64,000 nt of DNA, from contig JACQPY010000007.1 in assembly GCA_016207275.1 (NCBI GenBank), positions 10,265 through 74,264 of the forward strand. Direction: 5' to 3'. This DNA is from Candidatus Kerfeldbacteria bacterium. GTDB lineage: Bacteria > Patescibacteriota > Patescibacteriia > SBBC01. Made by a program: the position numbers and the translations under genes. The notes beneath the pieces are model-generated. The model was not told where the DNA came from, made no database searches, and was given only the letters and a program-made list of their open reading frames with translations. This document shows, piece after piece, positions 45,560 to 55,399 of the stretch (position 1 is its first letter; every line of letters begins with the position of its first letter).

Positions 45560-47589
45560 GGTTGCGCCAGGTGATTCAGGAGTTCGCCAATCAGTCGGCG
45601 GAGTAGGTCCACGTACCGCCGCCGATTCGGGTCGCGTGGTCCGAGGTTGACCAGGGTAATCGCCAGAATGTCGAGTGCGCTCCGCAGCTCGAAGGTCGGG
45701 AGCGAAGCTCGTACCTGGTGACGCTGTTGTTGGTTGAGTGACTGGAGATAGGCTTGGGTGAATCGTTCTCGCAGTCGGTTGATGACGCCAGGGACGAGGT
45801 GACCGTGGAGCATGACGTTAAGGTGCATGCGGAATATACCGAGGTCTATGGCTGGATGTCCGATGCCGCTCTGGGTGAAGTCTATCAGCCCAATCCCGGA
45901 CGGAACGGCGATGATATTGCTGGCCTGAAAGTCGTGATGGACCAAGGCGCGCCGATCGTACCAGCGGGTTCGTTCCGCGGCCGTGATGGACTGGAACGTT
46001 TTTCTGAGGTTTAGAAGTGCCCCGGGCCCACCTTGCTTAATCTGTCGTTCCAGCCGACGCAGGAAACGCCGTTCCGCTGACCAGGTTAAGTGTCGCAGGC
46101 CCGCGGTCGGGACCCGCTGGAATCGGGCTAAGGCGCGGCCCGCCGCCACCACGAGTTTGGCAAAATGACCTGAACGGAAGGGGACCAGCCGCAGCGGAGC
46201 GCCGACTAACTCTTCGTAAAAGACGTACCTGAGCTGTGGTTCATACCGTAGCGGCCGAATACTGGCGAAGCCCTGGCGGTGCTGCCAAACGCGGGCCATC
46301 ACTGCAAAACTCGCGTGATCAATCCGATTCCCCCGGACTAGCCTGTAACTGGTCTGGCCGTCCGGCCAGACGATATTCAGTCGGTAGCGCATCAGGTAGC
46401 TCTGTATCGACAGGGCGCGGTGGTGCTCGAGCTGGAGCCGAGCCAGCGTCTGCGCCCCCGGGAAAAACTGTTTGAGGTGGGTGGTAAAGTAGGCCTGCAT
46501 GGTACCGCGGTTTTGCAGGGCGCGCGGCAAGGTAGCGGGCCTGACCGCGGATAGCGCGAGCGGTGGCGGGAAACGGCCGCCAATCAGCAGCTGTTCGGCG
46601 GTGATCAAGGCGGCTCGCGCTATCCGGCGGCCAAGCGCGGGGCGAATAGACAAGGTATAGGCCAGAACCTGCAGGCTCCACCAGGCGCGGTGGAGCTTGA
46701 TCCGTTGGCCTGCCTGCGGTCCGACCTCGACGAGGGCCGGCCGGTAACCAGTCATAAAAGCTCGTCCGAGCCGTTGGGCGAAGCGTCGGCGGCAGCGGCC
46801 TTTCCAGACGAGCAAGTCGACTTGGGCAAAGAAATTGCCTACATCGCTCAAAGGGTCAAAGGTGACGCTGTTGCCAAAGTCAATAAAAGCCGTGCTGCCG
46901 TCGCGGCTGGCAATGATGTTGTCGAGGTTGAGGTCGCCGTGGATGGTGCGGAAGTATCGGCCGTAGCGGCGACCGACCTCAACCTGGGCAGCGGTGGCGG
47001 CCTGGAGAAGCCGGACTGCGTGCTCGAGGTATGCCGGCGCCGCTCGGACAACGTCATCACGGAAGTAGTTGGCGTCCCGTTCAATGCGGGCCGGCGTTCG
47101 TCGCGGACTGGTCTGGAGGCGCAGCCGGTGCAGCCGAGCCAGCCACCGGCCGGCGTCGCGGGCCGTCGCGACGGCCAGCGAACCGCCCCGTTCGATCAGC
47201 CGCTCGAGCGGTATGCCTGGCGAATCTTGGTACAGGTGGAGTCGGAGGCGACGAACCACGCCAAATGAGGCCGGAGCGCGCAGCCGGTCGGCCGAAAAAC
47301 TGGACCGCGTCAGCACCTGCTGTAACCGGTCGGCGATCGACGCTTCGTTGCCCGTGTCCTTACTCGGAATGTTGCCGCGGATGATGTGCCGCATCGTCCG
47401 GCCGCCGGGGCGGCGGAGCGTCAGATCGTAGCGAAGTGAGTGCTTAAAGGAAAAGCGACCGATTTCGCGGGCGCTGGCCGACCGGAGCGTGGTGCCAGGC
47501 GGGTAGGCGCGACGGACGATCCGCGACAGCAGCGGGCGCATGGCCTGAATCGTTCGGGCTTGCCGGACGAGCTTGCCCTCGGTCGTCAT
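45556..47589 (-). CDS. Tandem APH/maltokinase-like phosphotransferase (two kinase-like domains)
   Basis: Domain 1 has IHGDLNLDNII...IDFG. Domain 2 has LVHHDFQASNII...IDFT. Sits in an alpha-glucan context with 4-bp overlaps on both sides. Confidence 0.55.
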   Translation of the reverse strand: MTTEGKLVRQARTIQAMRPLLSRIVRRAYPPGTTLRSASAREIGRFSFKHSLRYDLTLRRPGGRTMRHIIRGNIPSKDTGNEASIADRLQQVLTRSSFSADRLRAPASFGVVRRLRLHLYQDSPGIPLERLIERGGSLAVATARDAGRWLARLHRLRLQTSPRRTPARIERDANYFRDDVVRAAPAYLEHAVRLLQAATAAQVEVGRRYGRYFRTIHGDLNLDNIIASRDGSTAFIDFGNSVTFDPLSDVGNFFAQVDLLVWKGRCRRRFAQRLGRAFMTGYRPALVEVGPQAGQRIKLHRAWWSLQVLAYTLSIRPALGRRIARAALITAEQLLIGGRFPPPLALSAVRPATLPRALQNRGTMQAYFTTHLKQFFPGAQTLARLQLEHHRALSIQSYLMRYRLNIVWPDGQTSYRLVRGNRIDHASFAVMARVWQHRQGFASIRPLRYEPQLRYVFYEELVGAPLRLVPFRSGHFAKLVVAAGRALARFQRVPTAGLRHLTWSAERRFLRRLERQIKQGGPGALLNLRKTFQSITAAERTRWYDRRALVHHDFQASNIIAVPSGIGLIDFTQSGIGHPAIDLGIFRMHLNVMLHGHLVPGVINRLRERFTQAYLQSLNQQQRHQVRASLPTFELRSALDILAITLVNLGPRDPNRRRYVDLLRRLIGELLNHLAQP

Positions 47590-48959
47590 GGCTTGGTCGA
47601 GCTCGGCTGTTCGTACCGGCGCAGTTCTTTAATTCGGTCGCGGAGTTGCGCCGCCCGTTCGAACTCTTGTCGACTCGCCACCAAGGCCATCTCCTTTTCC
47701 AGGTTTTTGATGATTTTCTCGATCTCCCGTTTTGGCAACGTCGGCATGCCCTCGTCGGTACGTTGGCGGATTTCCTCGTCTTCCTGTTTCGACAGCGCCT
47801 CGACAATGCCCTCCCGCTGCCAATCGAAGCCGGTAAAGACGATTCGCTGGTAGAGATCAGTCGCCCGGCGTTTAGCCTCGTCGCTCGCGCCCGGCGTTTT
47901 CAGGACTACATCTCTCAGTTCCTTGGCTCCGCGCTCGATCATTTCCAGCGACCACCACGGCTTGGCCGAGGCCCACCAGTACTGATCAGAGTGCAGCGCT
48001 CGGTCCAGCAGCTGGCGGGCTTCAGCGTAACTTGGGCCGGTAGCGCTAGCGGCCCCGAGGGTGGCGATCGCCAGATCAGTCAGCTGCCACTGCAGCTGGT
48101 GAATAGTGTTGTCCTGATCGTCCCAGCGGGCGAAGGGGACGCTGCGCTCCAAGTCCTTTTCCATCAACGCCCAGGTTGACGGCAAGAGGCTGACCGAGGC
48201 GGTCGCGGTGAAGCGCTGCGGCAAATCAGAAATCAGCACGGTTTCCAGGAGCTTCGATTCGTAGACTTCGAAAAGGAGGTGCTCCATGCCCGGTCGGTGG
48301 TGGCCAAACGTTTCACCATCCATCGCCGTTAGGAGGTACTCGTGGCGTTGGAGCCGGTCGCCCAAACCTTCGATTAAGAGGTTGCCGGTGCCGAGCTGAC
48401 CAGAGAGAATTTTGTAGCTCATCCGCCGTTCGCGGAAGTAGATTTTCAAGGCCGGGGCGTCGGCATTGGTGTAGATTTTGGCGTAGTCAATTTTGCCGAG
48501 TTGGCGGTTAAAAGATAACTCATCGCAGATAATCCATTCAAAGCCGAGCCGGGACACGACTTCAGCCACGTGTTTTGAGATGCCCATTTCCGGTGGGAAA
48601 AATCCACGCGGTCGGTAGAGGTCGCCGAAGTACTGGCGATGTGTTTGAGTATTGAGCTCAATTTGCCGGATAATTTCTTGATCCGGAAGTCGGGGGAGCA
48701 GGGGATGGAACTTGGCCGAACCGGTCAGCTCGATTTGTCCGCATTTCAGCAGTTCGCGGACGAGGTCAATGACATCGGTCGCGCCGTTCTGTTCCCACAG
48801 CTCGACCAAAATGGAGCTGATATTCATGGTGGTCCGCGCGTGCGCGTGTTCGAGCATGCCGCGGAGAATTGGTCGGTACGACTCGGCCGTGATTTTTTTC
48901 ACCCAAAACAGCTTCTGGGTCGGCGGTTGGTAGAAGTGCAGGAAGTTGGCCCAAATCAT
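47586..48959 (-). CDS. Glycoside hydrolase family 57 domain fused to a C-terminal UVR (UvrB/UvrC-type) motif
   Basis: N-terminal MIWANFLHFYQPP GH57 signature. C-terminal QEFERAAQLRDRIKELRR UVR helix-hairpin. Confidence 0.6.
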   Translation of the reverse strand: MIWANFLHFYQPPTQKLFWVKKITAESYRPILRGMLEHAHARTTMNISSILVELWEQNGATDVIDLVRELLKCGQIELTGSAKFHPLLPRLPDQEIIRQIELNTQTHRQYFGDLYRPRGFFPPEMGISKHVAEVVSRLGFEWIICDELSFNRQLGKIDYAKIYTNADAPALKIYFRERRMSYKILSGQLGTGNLLIEGLGDRLQRHEYLLTAMDGETFGHHRPGMEHLLFEVYESKLLETVLISDLPQRFTATASVSLLPSTWALMEKDLERSVPFARWDDQDNTIHQLQWQLTDLAIATLGAASATGPSYAEARQLLDRALHSDQYWWASAKPWWSLEMIERGAKELRDVVLKTPGASDEAKRRATDLYQRIVFTGFDWQREGIVEALSKQEDEEIRQRTDEGMPTLPKREIEKIIKNLEKEMALVASRQEFERAAQLRDRIKELRRYEQPSSTKP

Positions 48960-48979
48960 ATACTCGGGTGTGAAACCTT

Positions 48980-49090
48980 CCCCGACTGGATCGGGGATTT
49001 CCCCCTCCGATGCTCCCCCCTTCCCTTTAGGGTGTCGACCCTTGCGGCTCCGCTAGGGTCCCGTCCGTTGGACACCCTGATCGTCGCCGC
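48980..49090. repeat. GC-rich structured intergenic element: C-rich run plus AGGGTGTCgac...GACACCCT inverted repeat
   Basis: Lies between the two GH57 genes. 8-bp inverted-repeat arms with a GTCGAC core. Same C-rich flavour as the palindromic element family. Confidence 0.4.
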
Positions 49091-49158
49091 TGCAGGTCGA
49101 CGGGTTGTTATACAAAAGCCTAAGATTAGCATGACGTAGTTGGAGCCTTTTGATGCTT

Positions 49159-50376
49159 TTAGTTTACACTTTTTCCGCCGAGGTAGCGAGGCATTGGCTC
49201 GTGGCGCATGAAGCGCTTGAGGTGACGGTCGGCGGCGCCGGAAGCGTGCCAGCGATGAGCGGTGTTTTTGATGCTCCCGACCAACCTACGGACTCGTTCG
49301 AGGGTCGAGTGCGGCGGGCTGAGCTCCTCAGCCAGAAGCCGCAGCCGTTCGGCGGCCTGCATAATGATGTCGACGTCCCACCACGGCTCGCGTGAGGCCC
49401 ACCAGTACCAGTCGCTAGCCATCGTCTGGTCGAATTCGGTCCGGATCGGCCGGGGCAGTCGGTCGCGGCGTTCGTGGTGGTAGACTAACTTGAGCACGGT
49501 GGTAAACAGCGCCCATTGGAGCTGGTGCAGGTGATTTGCGGGGTTTCGCCAGAGGACAAAGGGCACGTCGCGAGCCAGGTCGGCTGGCCGACTGGACCAG
49601 CTGGCCGCCCGCGGCCGGACGGTGCGCGGACCGTCGAGCGATTTAAGCACCTCCGAGATGGTCACCGTTTCGACGGTGGGAAGCCGGACCAGGTGCTGCC
49701 ACATTTTTTTGGCCGCCCGCCGGTGGTGGCCAAGGTTTTCGCCGTCCATCGCCGTGATCAGTAGACTCTTCTGCCCGTTCCATCGCTGGACCGTCGAGAA
49801 GAACTTGTGAACGTCCCCAGGTTGCGCTTCGAACGCCAGGTAGTCGCTGACAAAGCGGTTGCGGAAAACGGCGGTCAGGGTCGTGCCGGCGATTCGGTAC
49901 TGTTGTTCGTAGTTAACCAGTCCCGGGTGACTGATCCCGTCAAGGATAACCCAGCGGTAGCCGAGCTGGCTGAGCCACCGGCCGAGCTTGGCATTGTAGG
50001 CCATCTCCGGCGGAAAGAAGCCGGCCGGCCGGTAGGCCGAACCAAAGGCTCGCCGGTTGGTGGCCCGGTTGAGAGTTACTTGACGCCGAACCTCGGCTTC
50101 CGGCAGGAGCGGCAGAATCGCGTGGTACATCGCCGAGTCGGTCAGTTCGACCTGGCCCCGCTGCAAGAGTCGACGGAGCCCGGTCACGATTGGCCGAAAG
50201 GCTCGCTGCTGCAGCTGCTCGGTCAGCGAGCCGGCAATATTAATGGTCACCCGCACGTCACGGTGGCTGAGCAAAAACGAGATCAGCGGGCGGTAGCTTT
50301 CCCGCGCCACTTTAGCGATGACGCGCGTCGGCCAGTGCGGCGGCTGGTAGAGGTGAAAGAAGTTAGCCCAGCGCAT
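49159..50376 (-). CDS. Glycoside hydrolase family 57 protein (second copy)
   Basis: MRWANFFHLYQPPHWP. The start was set at the internal ATG 50376, because the longer ORF would overlap glgA-2. Confidence 0.6.
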   Translation of the reverse strand: MRWANFFHLYQPPHWPTRVIAKVARESYRPLISFLLSHRDVRVTINIAGSLTEQLQQRAFRPIVTGLRRLLQRGQVELTDSAMYHAILPLLPEAEVRRQVTLNRATNRRAFGSAYRPAGFFPPEMAYNAKLGRWLSQLGYRWVILDGISHPGLVNYEQQYRIAGTTLTAVFRNRFVSDYLAFEAQPGDVHKFFSTVQRWNGQKSLLITAMDGENLGHHRRAAKKMWQHLVRLPTVETVTISEVLKSLDGPRTVRPRAASWSSRPADLARDVPFVLWRNPANHLHQLQWALFTTVLKLVYHHERRDRLPRPIRTEFDQTMASDWYWWASREPWWDVDIIMQAAERLRLLAEELSPPHSTLERVRRLVGSIKNTAHRWHASGAADRHLKRFMRHEPMPRYLGGKSVN

Positions 50377-51853
50377 CAGAACGTTCGTGTGATCGTTGTT
50401 TTTGCAGCACCATCGCCTGTCGGTACAGCTCGACGTACTTCTCGGCCGGGATGTCCCAAGAATACGATTCTTGCATGGCTTGCCAGGCGAGGTGCTCCCA
50501 CACCTGCGGGTACTTGAAGGTTTCCAGGGCGCGGACGATTGCCACCAGCAGGTCGTCCGAGGCGTAGCGCGAAAAAACAAAACCCGTACCTTTGCCAGTG
50601 CGCGGATCGAAGTCCTCGATCGTGTCGGATAGGCCGCCGGTTTTGCGGACGATGGGAATGGAGCCATAGCGCAGGCTGATGAGCTGGGACATGCCGCACG
50701 GTTCGTAGCGGCTGGGCATCAAGAACATGTCTGAGCCGGCGTAAACCCGAGAGCCGAGTTCTTCGGTGAATGGCGTGAGCAAGGCGATGCGGCCGGGATA
50801 GGTCCGAGCTGCCCGCCTGAAAATGTTGACGTAGTCTCGGTCACCGGTGCCGACAATGACCATTTGGAGGGGCAGCTGCATCAGAACCGGCAGGATGTTT
50901 TTGATTAAGTCAAAGCCCTTCTGCTCGGTCAAACGATGAACCAGCCCGATCAGGGGAATATCGTCGCGCGGCTCGAGGCCGATCATTTTCTGAAGCTCGC
51001 CTTTGTTCTGACGCTTGCGGTCGAGAGAGTTCCAATCGTAGGGGTGCCACAGGTGCGAGTCAAACTGCGGGTTGTAGACTTGGTAGTCAATGCCGTTGAT
51101 GATTCCGAAGACATCTTTCTGACGACGGCGAAGGAGGCGGTCGAGGCCCTGACCGTACTCCGGGGTTAAAATTTCTTGGGCGTACCGGACGCTGACGGTA
51201 TTGATCGCGTCAGCGTAACGAATGCCCCGCTTGGCGAAGTTGACCCACCGGATTTTGGCACTGCTTTTCGGCAGCGGGCCGAGTCCGACATCAACTTTAT
51301 CTGACGGACCCTGCCACCAGTTTCCCTGCATTTGGAAGAGTAAGTTATGGATGGTGACGACGGTTGCCGTTTTGCTGAAAAACGGATTATCCTGCTCACG
51401 GGTCCGGAGAATATTTGGGATGATGGCGGTGTGCCAATCGTGGCAGTGAATGACGTCGGGTGGTTCGCCGAGGCGTTGGGCCAGCTGGACGACCGCCATC
51501 GAGAAGACGGCGAAGCGGAGGGCGTCGTTGTCGTGCCCGTACATGTAGACTTGATACCGGCCGTACAACTCCTCGCTACAAATAAAGTAGATGTCCAGAC
51601 CTTCGCGGAGTTTAAGGTGTTTAGTTTTTAGGTGGTAGGTGCCATCGCCGATCGCCACGTCGAACTCGATTCCCGGCTGATCGTAAGGAATCTCGGCGTT
51701 CTTCATGAAGCCGTAGAACGGCGTGACTGAGACGATCCGGTGTCCGAGCTTCGCCAGGTGTTTTGGCAAGGCGGCGGCCACGTCGCCTAAGCCGCCACTT
51801 TTCGAGTAGGGTGAGACTTCGGCGCTGGCGCTCAGGATAAAGAGGGGGTTCAT
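50363..51853 (-). CDS. glgA: Glycogen/starch synthase (GT5, second GlgA paralog)
   Basis: AEVSPYSKSGGLGDVAAALP. Confidence 0.8.
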   Translation of the reverse strand: MNPLFILSASAEVSPYSKSGGLGDVAAALPKHLAKLGHRIVSVTPFYGFMKNAEIPYDQPGIEFDVAIGDGTYHLKTKHLKLREGLDIYFICSEELYGRYQVYMYGHDNDALRFAVFSMAVVQLAQRLGEPPDVIHCHDWHTAIIPNILRTREQDNPFFSKTATVVTIHNLLFQMQGNWWQGPSDKVDVGLGPLPKSSAKIRWVNFAKRGIRYADAINTVSVRYAQEILTPEYGQGLDRLLRRRQKDVFGIINGIDYQVYNPQFDSHLWHPYDWNSLDRKRQNKGELQKMIGLEPRDDIPLIGLVHRLTEQKGFDLIKNILPVLMQLPLQMVIVGTGDRDYVNIFRRAARTYPGRIALLTPFTEELGSRVYAGSDMFLMPSRYEPCGMSQLISLRYGSIPIVRKTGGLSDTIEDFDPRTGKGTGFVFSRYASDDLLVAIVRALETFKYPQVWEHLAWQAMQESYSWDIPAEKYVELYRQAMVLQKQRSHERSDALG

Positions 51854-52935
51854 GAGGTTAGCGGAATGTCCAGCTCATTGGCGGCCAGCACGAACATGGC
51901 GTGGCTCCAGACGAGGGGGGAGATGCCAATCCGGAAGTCGCTAAACAGTTGCTCGGGGAGGTACCGATCGACGCGGTCAATGACCCAGTTAAAGTAGGCC
52001 TCAGCCTTTTCTCGATCCCCGGCGCGGTTCAGGACGATCGCCAACCAGAAGTTGAGCACCGGCCAAGCGCCGCCGCCTTCCCAGGCCGAACCTTCCGAAT
52101 CGAAGTAGTCAAACTGGTAGCGGTGGACGCCGCCGTCAACCACCAGCGTCCGTTCGATTGTTTGGATGGTGCTGAGCATGCGCTCGTCGTTGGGTTCAAC
52201 CATCTCGAACGGCCAGCCTAAGCCGAGAACTGAAGCGTCGATGTTGGCGTCGTCAATCTTACCGTGGTTGCGCAGGAAGTAGCCGCGCTGCTCATCGTAG
52301 GCCTCGTCGACCTCCTTTTCCATTTCTTGGGCGGTTTGCTTCCAGAGCTTGTGCGGCCAGAGTTCGTTGGCCAGGAAGAGTCCTCGGCTGCAGGCGGCGA
52401 TCGAGTAGGTGAAGTTGTTTTCCACCCGAGACGAGGTCTGGCGAAAGCCGTCTTCCCAGAGATCGACGGTGTTGGGCAGAAAGTACGTTTTGTTCCAGGC
52501 CGCGGTTAAGCCGTCGCACAACCGATCAACCAATGCTCGGAACTGGTTTGCCCGCTTCCCATCGCCATGACAGTACTGGTGGATGGCCCATAAGACCGTG
52601 CCCATTTGGTCTGGTTGGAACATTCGGCCCATGCTGCCGATCCGTCCGTTGGTCGAGTAGTTGGAGAATAACAGGCGGTCTTTCTGAAAATCCTCTGGTT
52701 TTGTTTCCAGCCAGCGAAAGAACGACTCGGCCGCAGGCAATCCCAGCTTTTCCGCGGCCAGGGCAGTGAAGCAGGCATCACGCGGCCAGACGTAGCGGTA
52801 GTCAGCCGCCTCTCGCGGGTAGTAGGGTTTGTCCGAGTTGGCGGCGACGATCGCGCCGTTATCGAGCATGGCGTCGTCAATGACCTGGCGCGACGATTCG
52901 AGCAGGCGAGTGATTTTGGCGCGGCGATCAGTCAT
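51850..52935 (-). CDS. Glycoside hydrolase family 15-like (glucoamylase/glucodextranase catalytic barrel only)
   Basis: YRYVWPRDACFTALA and the (alpha/alpha)6 length. First gene of the operon. Confidence 0.55.
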   Translation of the reverse strand: MTDRRAKITRLLESSRQVIDDAMLDNGAIVAANSDKPYYPREAADYRYVWPRDACFTALAAEKLGLPAAESFFRWLETKPEDFQKDRLLFSNYSTNGRIGSMGRMFQPDQMGTVLWAIHQYCHGDGKRANQFRALVDRLCDGLTAAWNKTYFLPNTVDLWEDGFRQTSSRVENNFTYSIAACSRGLFLANELWPHKLWKQTAQEMEKEVDEAYDEQRGYFLRNHGKIDDANIDASVLGLGWPFEMVEPNDERMLSTIQTIERTLVVDGGVHRYQFDYFDSEGSAWEGGGAWPVLNFWLAIVLNRAGDREKAEAYFNWVIDRVDRYLPEQLFSDFRIGISPLVWSHAMFVLAANELDIPLTS

Positions 52936-53431
52936 ACCGGCCGGGCCGCGTGCCGCAGACTGCCACGGCCACCGCGTCAGCGGCGTCGTCCGGATGCGGC
53001 GGGCGGTCGAGTTTGAACAACAGCTGGAGCATGCGCTGGACTTGTCGTTTATTAGCTTGACCGTAGCCGGTCACCGATTGCTTAACGGTCAGGGGCGAGA
53101 ACTCCTGGATCGGTAGCCGATGTTCAGCCGCCGCCAGCATCACCACGCCACGCGCCTGACTGACGACCATGGCCGTTTTGACGTTGGTGGAGAAGAACAA
53201 CTGCTCGACCGCCATTCGGTCGGGGCGGTGCTTGGTCATCAGGTCGTGGAGGTTACGATGAAGCGTTGCTAGTCGCTGGCCAACTGGTTGACGGGCTGGC
53301 GTTTCGATGGTCCCGCAGGTCTTGAGCGAGAGTGAGCCGTCAGCCAGTCGAACTACGCCGTAGCCAGTTCGACCGAGGCCGGGATCGATACCCAGCACAA
53401 TTAGTTCAGATGGCGGCGTTCGTGGCGACAT
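52928..53431 (-). CDS. ruvC: Crossover junction endodeoxyribonuclease RuvC
   Basis: LIVLGIDPGLGRTGYGVV. The start was chosen at MSPRT (53431). Confidence 0.8.
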   Translation of the reverse strand: MSPRTPPSELIVLGIDPGLGRTGYGVVRLADGSLSLKTCGTIETPARQPVGQRLATLHRNLHDLMTKHRPDRMAVEQLFFSTNVKTAMVVSQARGVVMLAAAEHRLPIQEFSPLTVKQSVTGYGQANKRQVQRMLQLLFKLDRPPHPDDAADAVAVAVCGTRPGRYD

Positions 53432-54122
53432 CGTTGATATCCTGAAGGTCTTCGAGAGCCAGGAGAAAGTCGGTAACTTTTTCCCGCTGGTCGGCCGGCG
53501 GTGCCATGACGGTAGTTGGAACGAGGGCCAGTTCGGCGTTGAGTACTTCGGCACCGGCCGCCGTCACCGCGTCGCGCACGGCTGCTAGGGCAGTCGGCGA
53601 AGTATAGACGATGACGGAATCGCCTTCCTCGACTACATCCGCGGCGCCGGCGTCAATGGCCGCAAGCTCAACAGCCTCGCGATTGGCGTTGCGCTTGACT
53701 TCAACAAAGCCCCGACGCGCAAACATCCACCGGACGCTGTTGGTGTGGCCAAGGCGGCCGCCGTACTCGGTAAAAACTCGGCGTAGTTCGCCGGCCGTGC
53801 GGTGGCGGTTGTCCGTGAGGGCCTCGACTACCACGGCAATGCCGCCCGGCCCGTAGCCCTCGTAGGTGACCGTGGCCATCGGCCGGTCAGTCGCTTCGCC
53901 GCTGCCGCGTTTGATTGCCCGTTCGACGTTGTCTTTCGGCATGTTGGCAGCGCGGGCCTTCTCGATCGTCAAGCGAAGACGAAAATTGATCGCCGGGTCC
54001 GGGCCACCCTCGCGAGCGGCAATGGTAATGGCGTTTGCCAATTTGGTGAAAGCGATTCCTTTTTTGAGGTCAGCCGTTCCTTTTTGGCGTTTGATTTGTG
54101 CCCATTTCGAATGTCCAGACAT
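53406..54122 (-). CDS. YebC/PmpR-family transcriptional regulator
   Basis: MSGHSKWAQIKRQKG. Start at 54122. Confidence 0.8.
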   Translation of the reverse strand: MSGHSKWAQIKRQKGTADLKKGIAFTKLANAITIAAREGGPDPAINFRLRLTIEKARAANMPKDNVERAIKRGSGEATDRPMATVTYEGYGPGGIAVVVEALTDNRHRTAGELRRVFTEYGGRLGHTNSVRWMFARRGFVEVKRNANREAVELAAIDAGAADVVEEGDSVIVYTSPTALAAVRDAVTAAGAEVLNAELALVPTTVMAPPADQREKVTDFLLALEDLQDINDVATNAAI

Positions 54123-54273
54123 ACAACGATGATGATCCGATTTCGTTCGGATCACACGGCCAGGTCAATCGTGAAGTACCGTGCATTGTATCATTTTTTT
54201 GCATGCTCGTCAATCAAATGGCAGTCGGATAACTTGCATATCGGGTAGCGTTTGCTAAAGTACTGACGTACAC

Positions 54274-55365
54274 TTGAATGCTCGACGCATGCCGCACCGG
54301 CTAGACACTACACGTTTGTACCGATCCCGCGCCCGGCAGCTGGTGCTGGCGTCGTTGCGTTCGTTCGCCGAGCAGTGTCGTCGTGGATTTGCCGAGGCGC
54401 GAGCGGTAACGTTTCCCGCCTCGTTTCGGAAGATCGACCAGGTCGTGGTCGTCGGCATGGGCGGTTCGGCGCTGGGCAGCGACGTTATTCGGAGCGTGTT
54501 TTTTGATCAGCTGCGCCTGCCGCTGACCGTGGTCAACGGCTATGCCTTGCCGCGCTCGGTTACGTCGCGCACGCTCGTAATCCTGTCGAGCTACTCGGGT
54601 ACAACCGAGGAGGTACTGGCGGCGGCGGCCAGCGCCCACCGTCACCGCGCCCGGATTACGGGTTTGACCGTAGGCGGCCCGCTCGGTACCTGGTTTCGCC
54701 GCCACCAGTTGCCGTGGTACCGAATTGACGGCGGCGCCAACCCGGCGGGGCAGCCGCGCCTCGGCTTAGGCTACAGCATCATGGGTCAGCTCGGGTTGCT
54801 GGCAGGCTTAGGACTAATTCGCCTGCCAGGCCGGGCGGTGACTTCCCTGGCGGCCTACCTGGAACGCCGCGCCTGGGATTTTGACGTAGCCCGACCAAAA
54901 CGGACCAATCCTGCCAAGCAGCTGGCCGTAACACTCCGAACCTCGTTGCCGATTGTGGTTGGGGCGGAGCACTTGAGCGGCAGCGTCCACGCGATGGCCA
55001 ATCAATTGAACGAAACCGCCAAGACGTTGGCCGTACCCTTCCAGCTGCCAGAACTTAATCACCATCTCCTCGAAGGGTTGCGTTGGCCGCGCGCTGTTCG
55101 GCAAGCCACGATGGTGCTGTTCCGATCAGACCTCTACCACCGGCGCGTGGCCACCCGCGTTCGAGTTACTGCTGAGTTGGCTGAACGAGCGGGGCTACGG
55201 GCAACCGTGGTCCCCGTCCACGGTATGGATCGCCTGACCCAAGCGTTCGATCTCCTTGTCTTCGCCGGCTACGTCAGCTTGTACCTCGCCGTAGTGCACG
55301 GCGTCGATCCGTTAGCTATTCCGACGGTCGACGAGCTGAAGCGCCGGCTGCACCGCGCGGCCTAG
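54274..55365 (+). CDS. Bifunctional phosphoglucose/phosphomannose isomerase (SIS domain, archaeal-type PGI/PMI)
   Basis: VVVGMGGSALGSDV SIS motif. 363 aa. Confidence 0.6.
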   Translation: MNARRMPHRLDTTRLYRSRARQLVLASLRSFAEQCRRGFAEARAVTFPASFRKIDQVVVVGMGGSALGSDVIRSVFFDQLRLPLTVVNGYALPRSVTSRTLVILSSYSGTTEEVLAAAASAHRHRARITGLTVGGPLGTWFRRHQLPWYRIDGGANPAGQPRLGLGYSIMGQLGLLAGLGLIRLPGRAVTSLAAYLERRAWDFDVARPKRTNPAKQLAVTLRTSLPIVVGAEHLSGSVHAMANQLNETAKTLAVPFQLPELNHHLLEGLRWPRAVRQATMVLFRSDLYHRRVATRVRVTAELAERAGLRATVVPVHGMDRLTQAFDLLVFAGYVSLYLAVVHGVDPLAIPTVDELKRRLHRAA

Positions 55366-55399
55366 TTCGTCGGACATCGTCGCCTCCGGTCGTCCATGC

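Noticed and set aside
54301-54705. 134-aa minus-strand ORF overlapping the PGI/PMI gene
   Set aside because: Antisense to the SIS-domain CDS. No SD. Arg-rich shadow frame.
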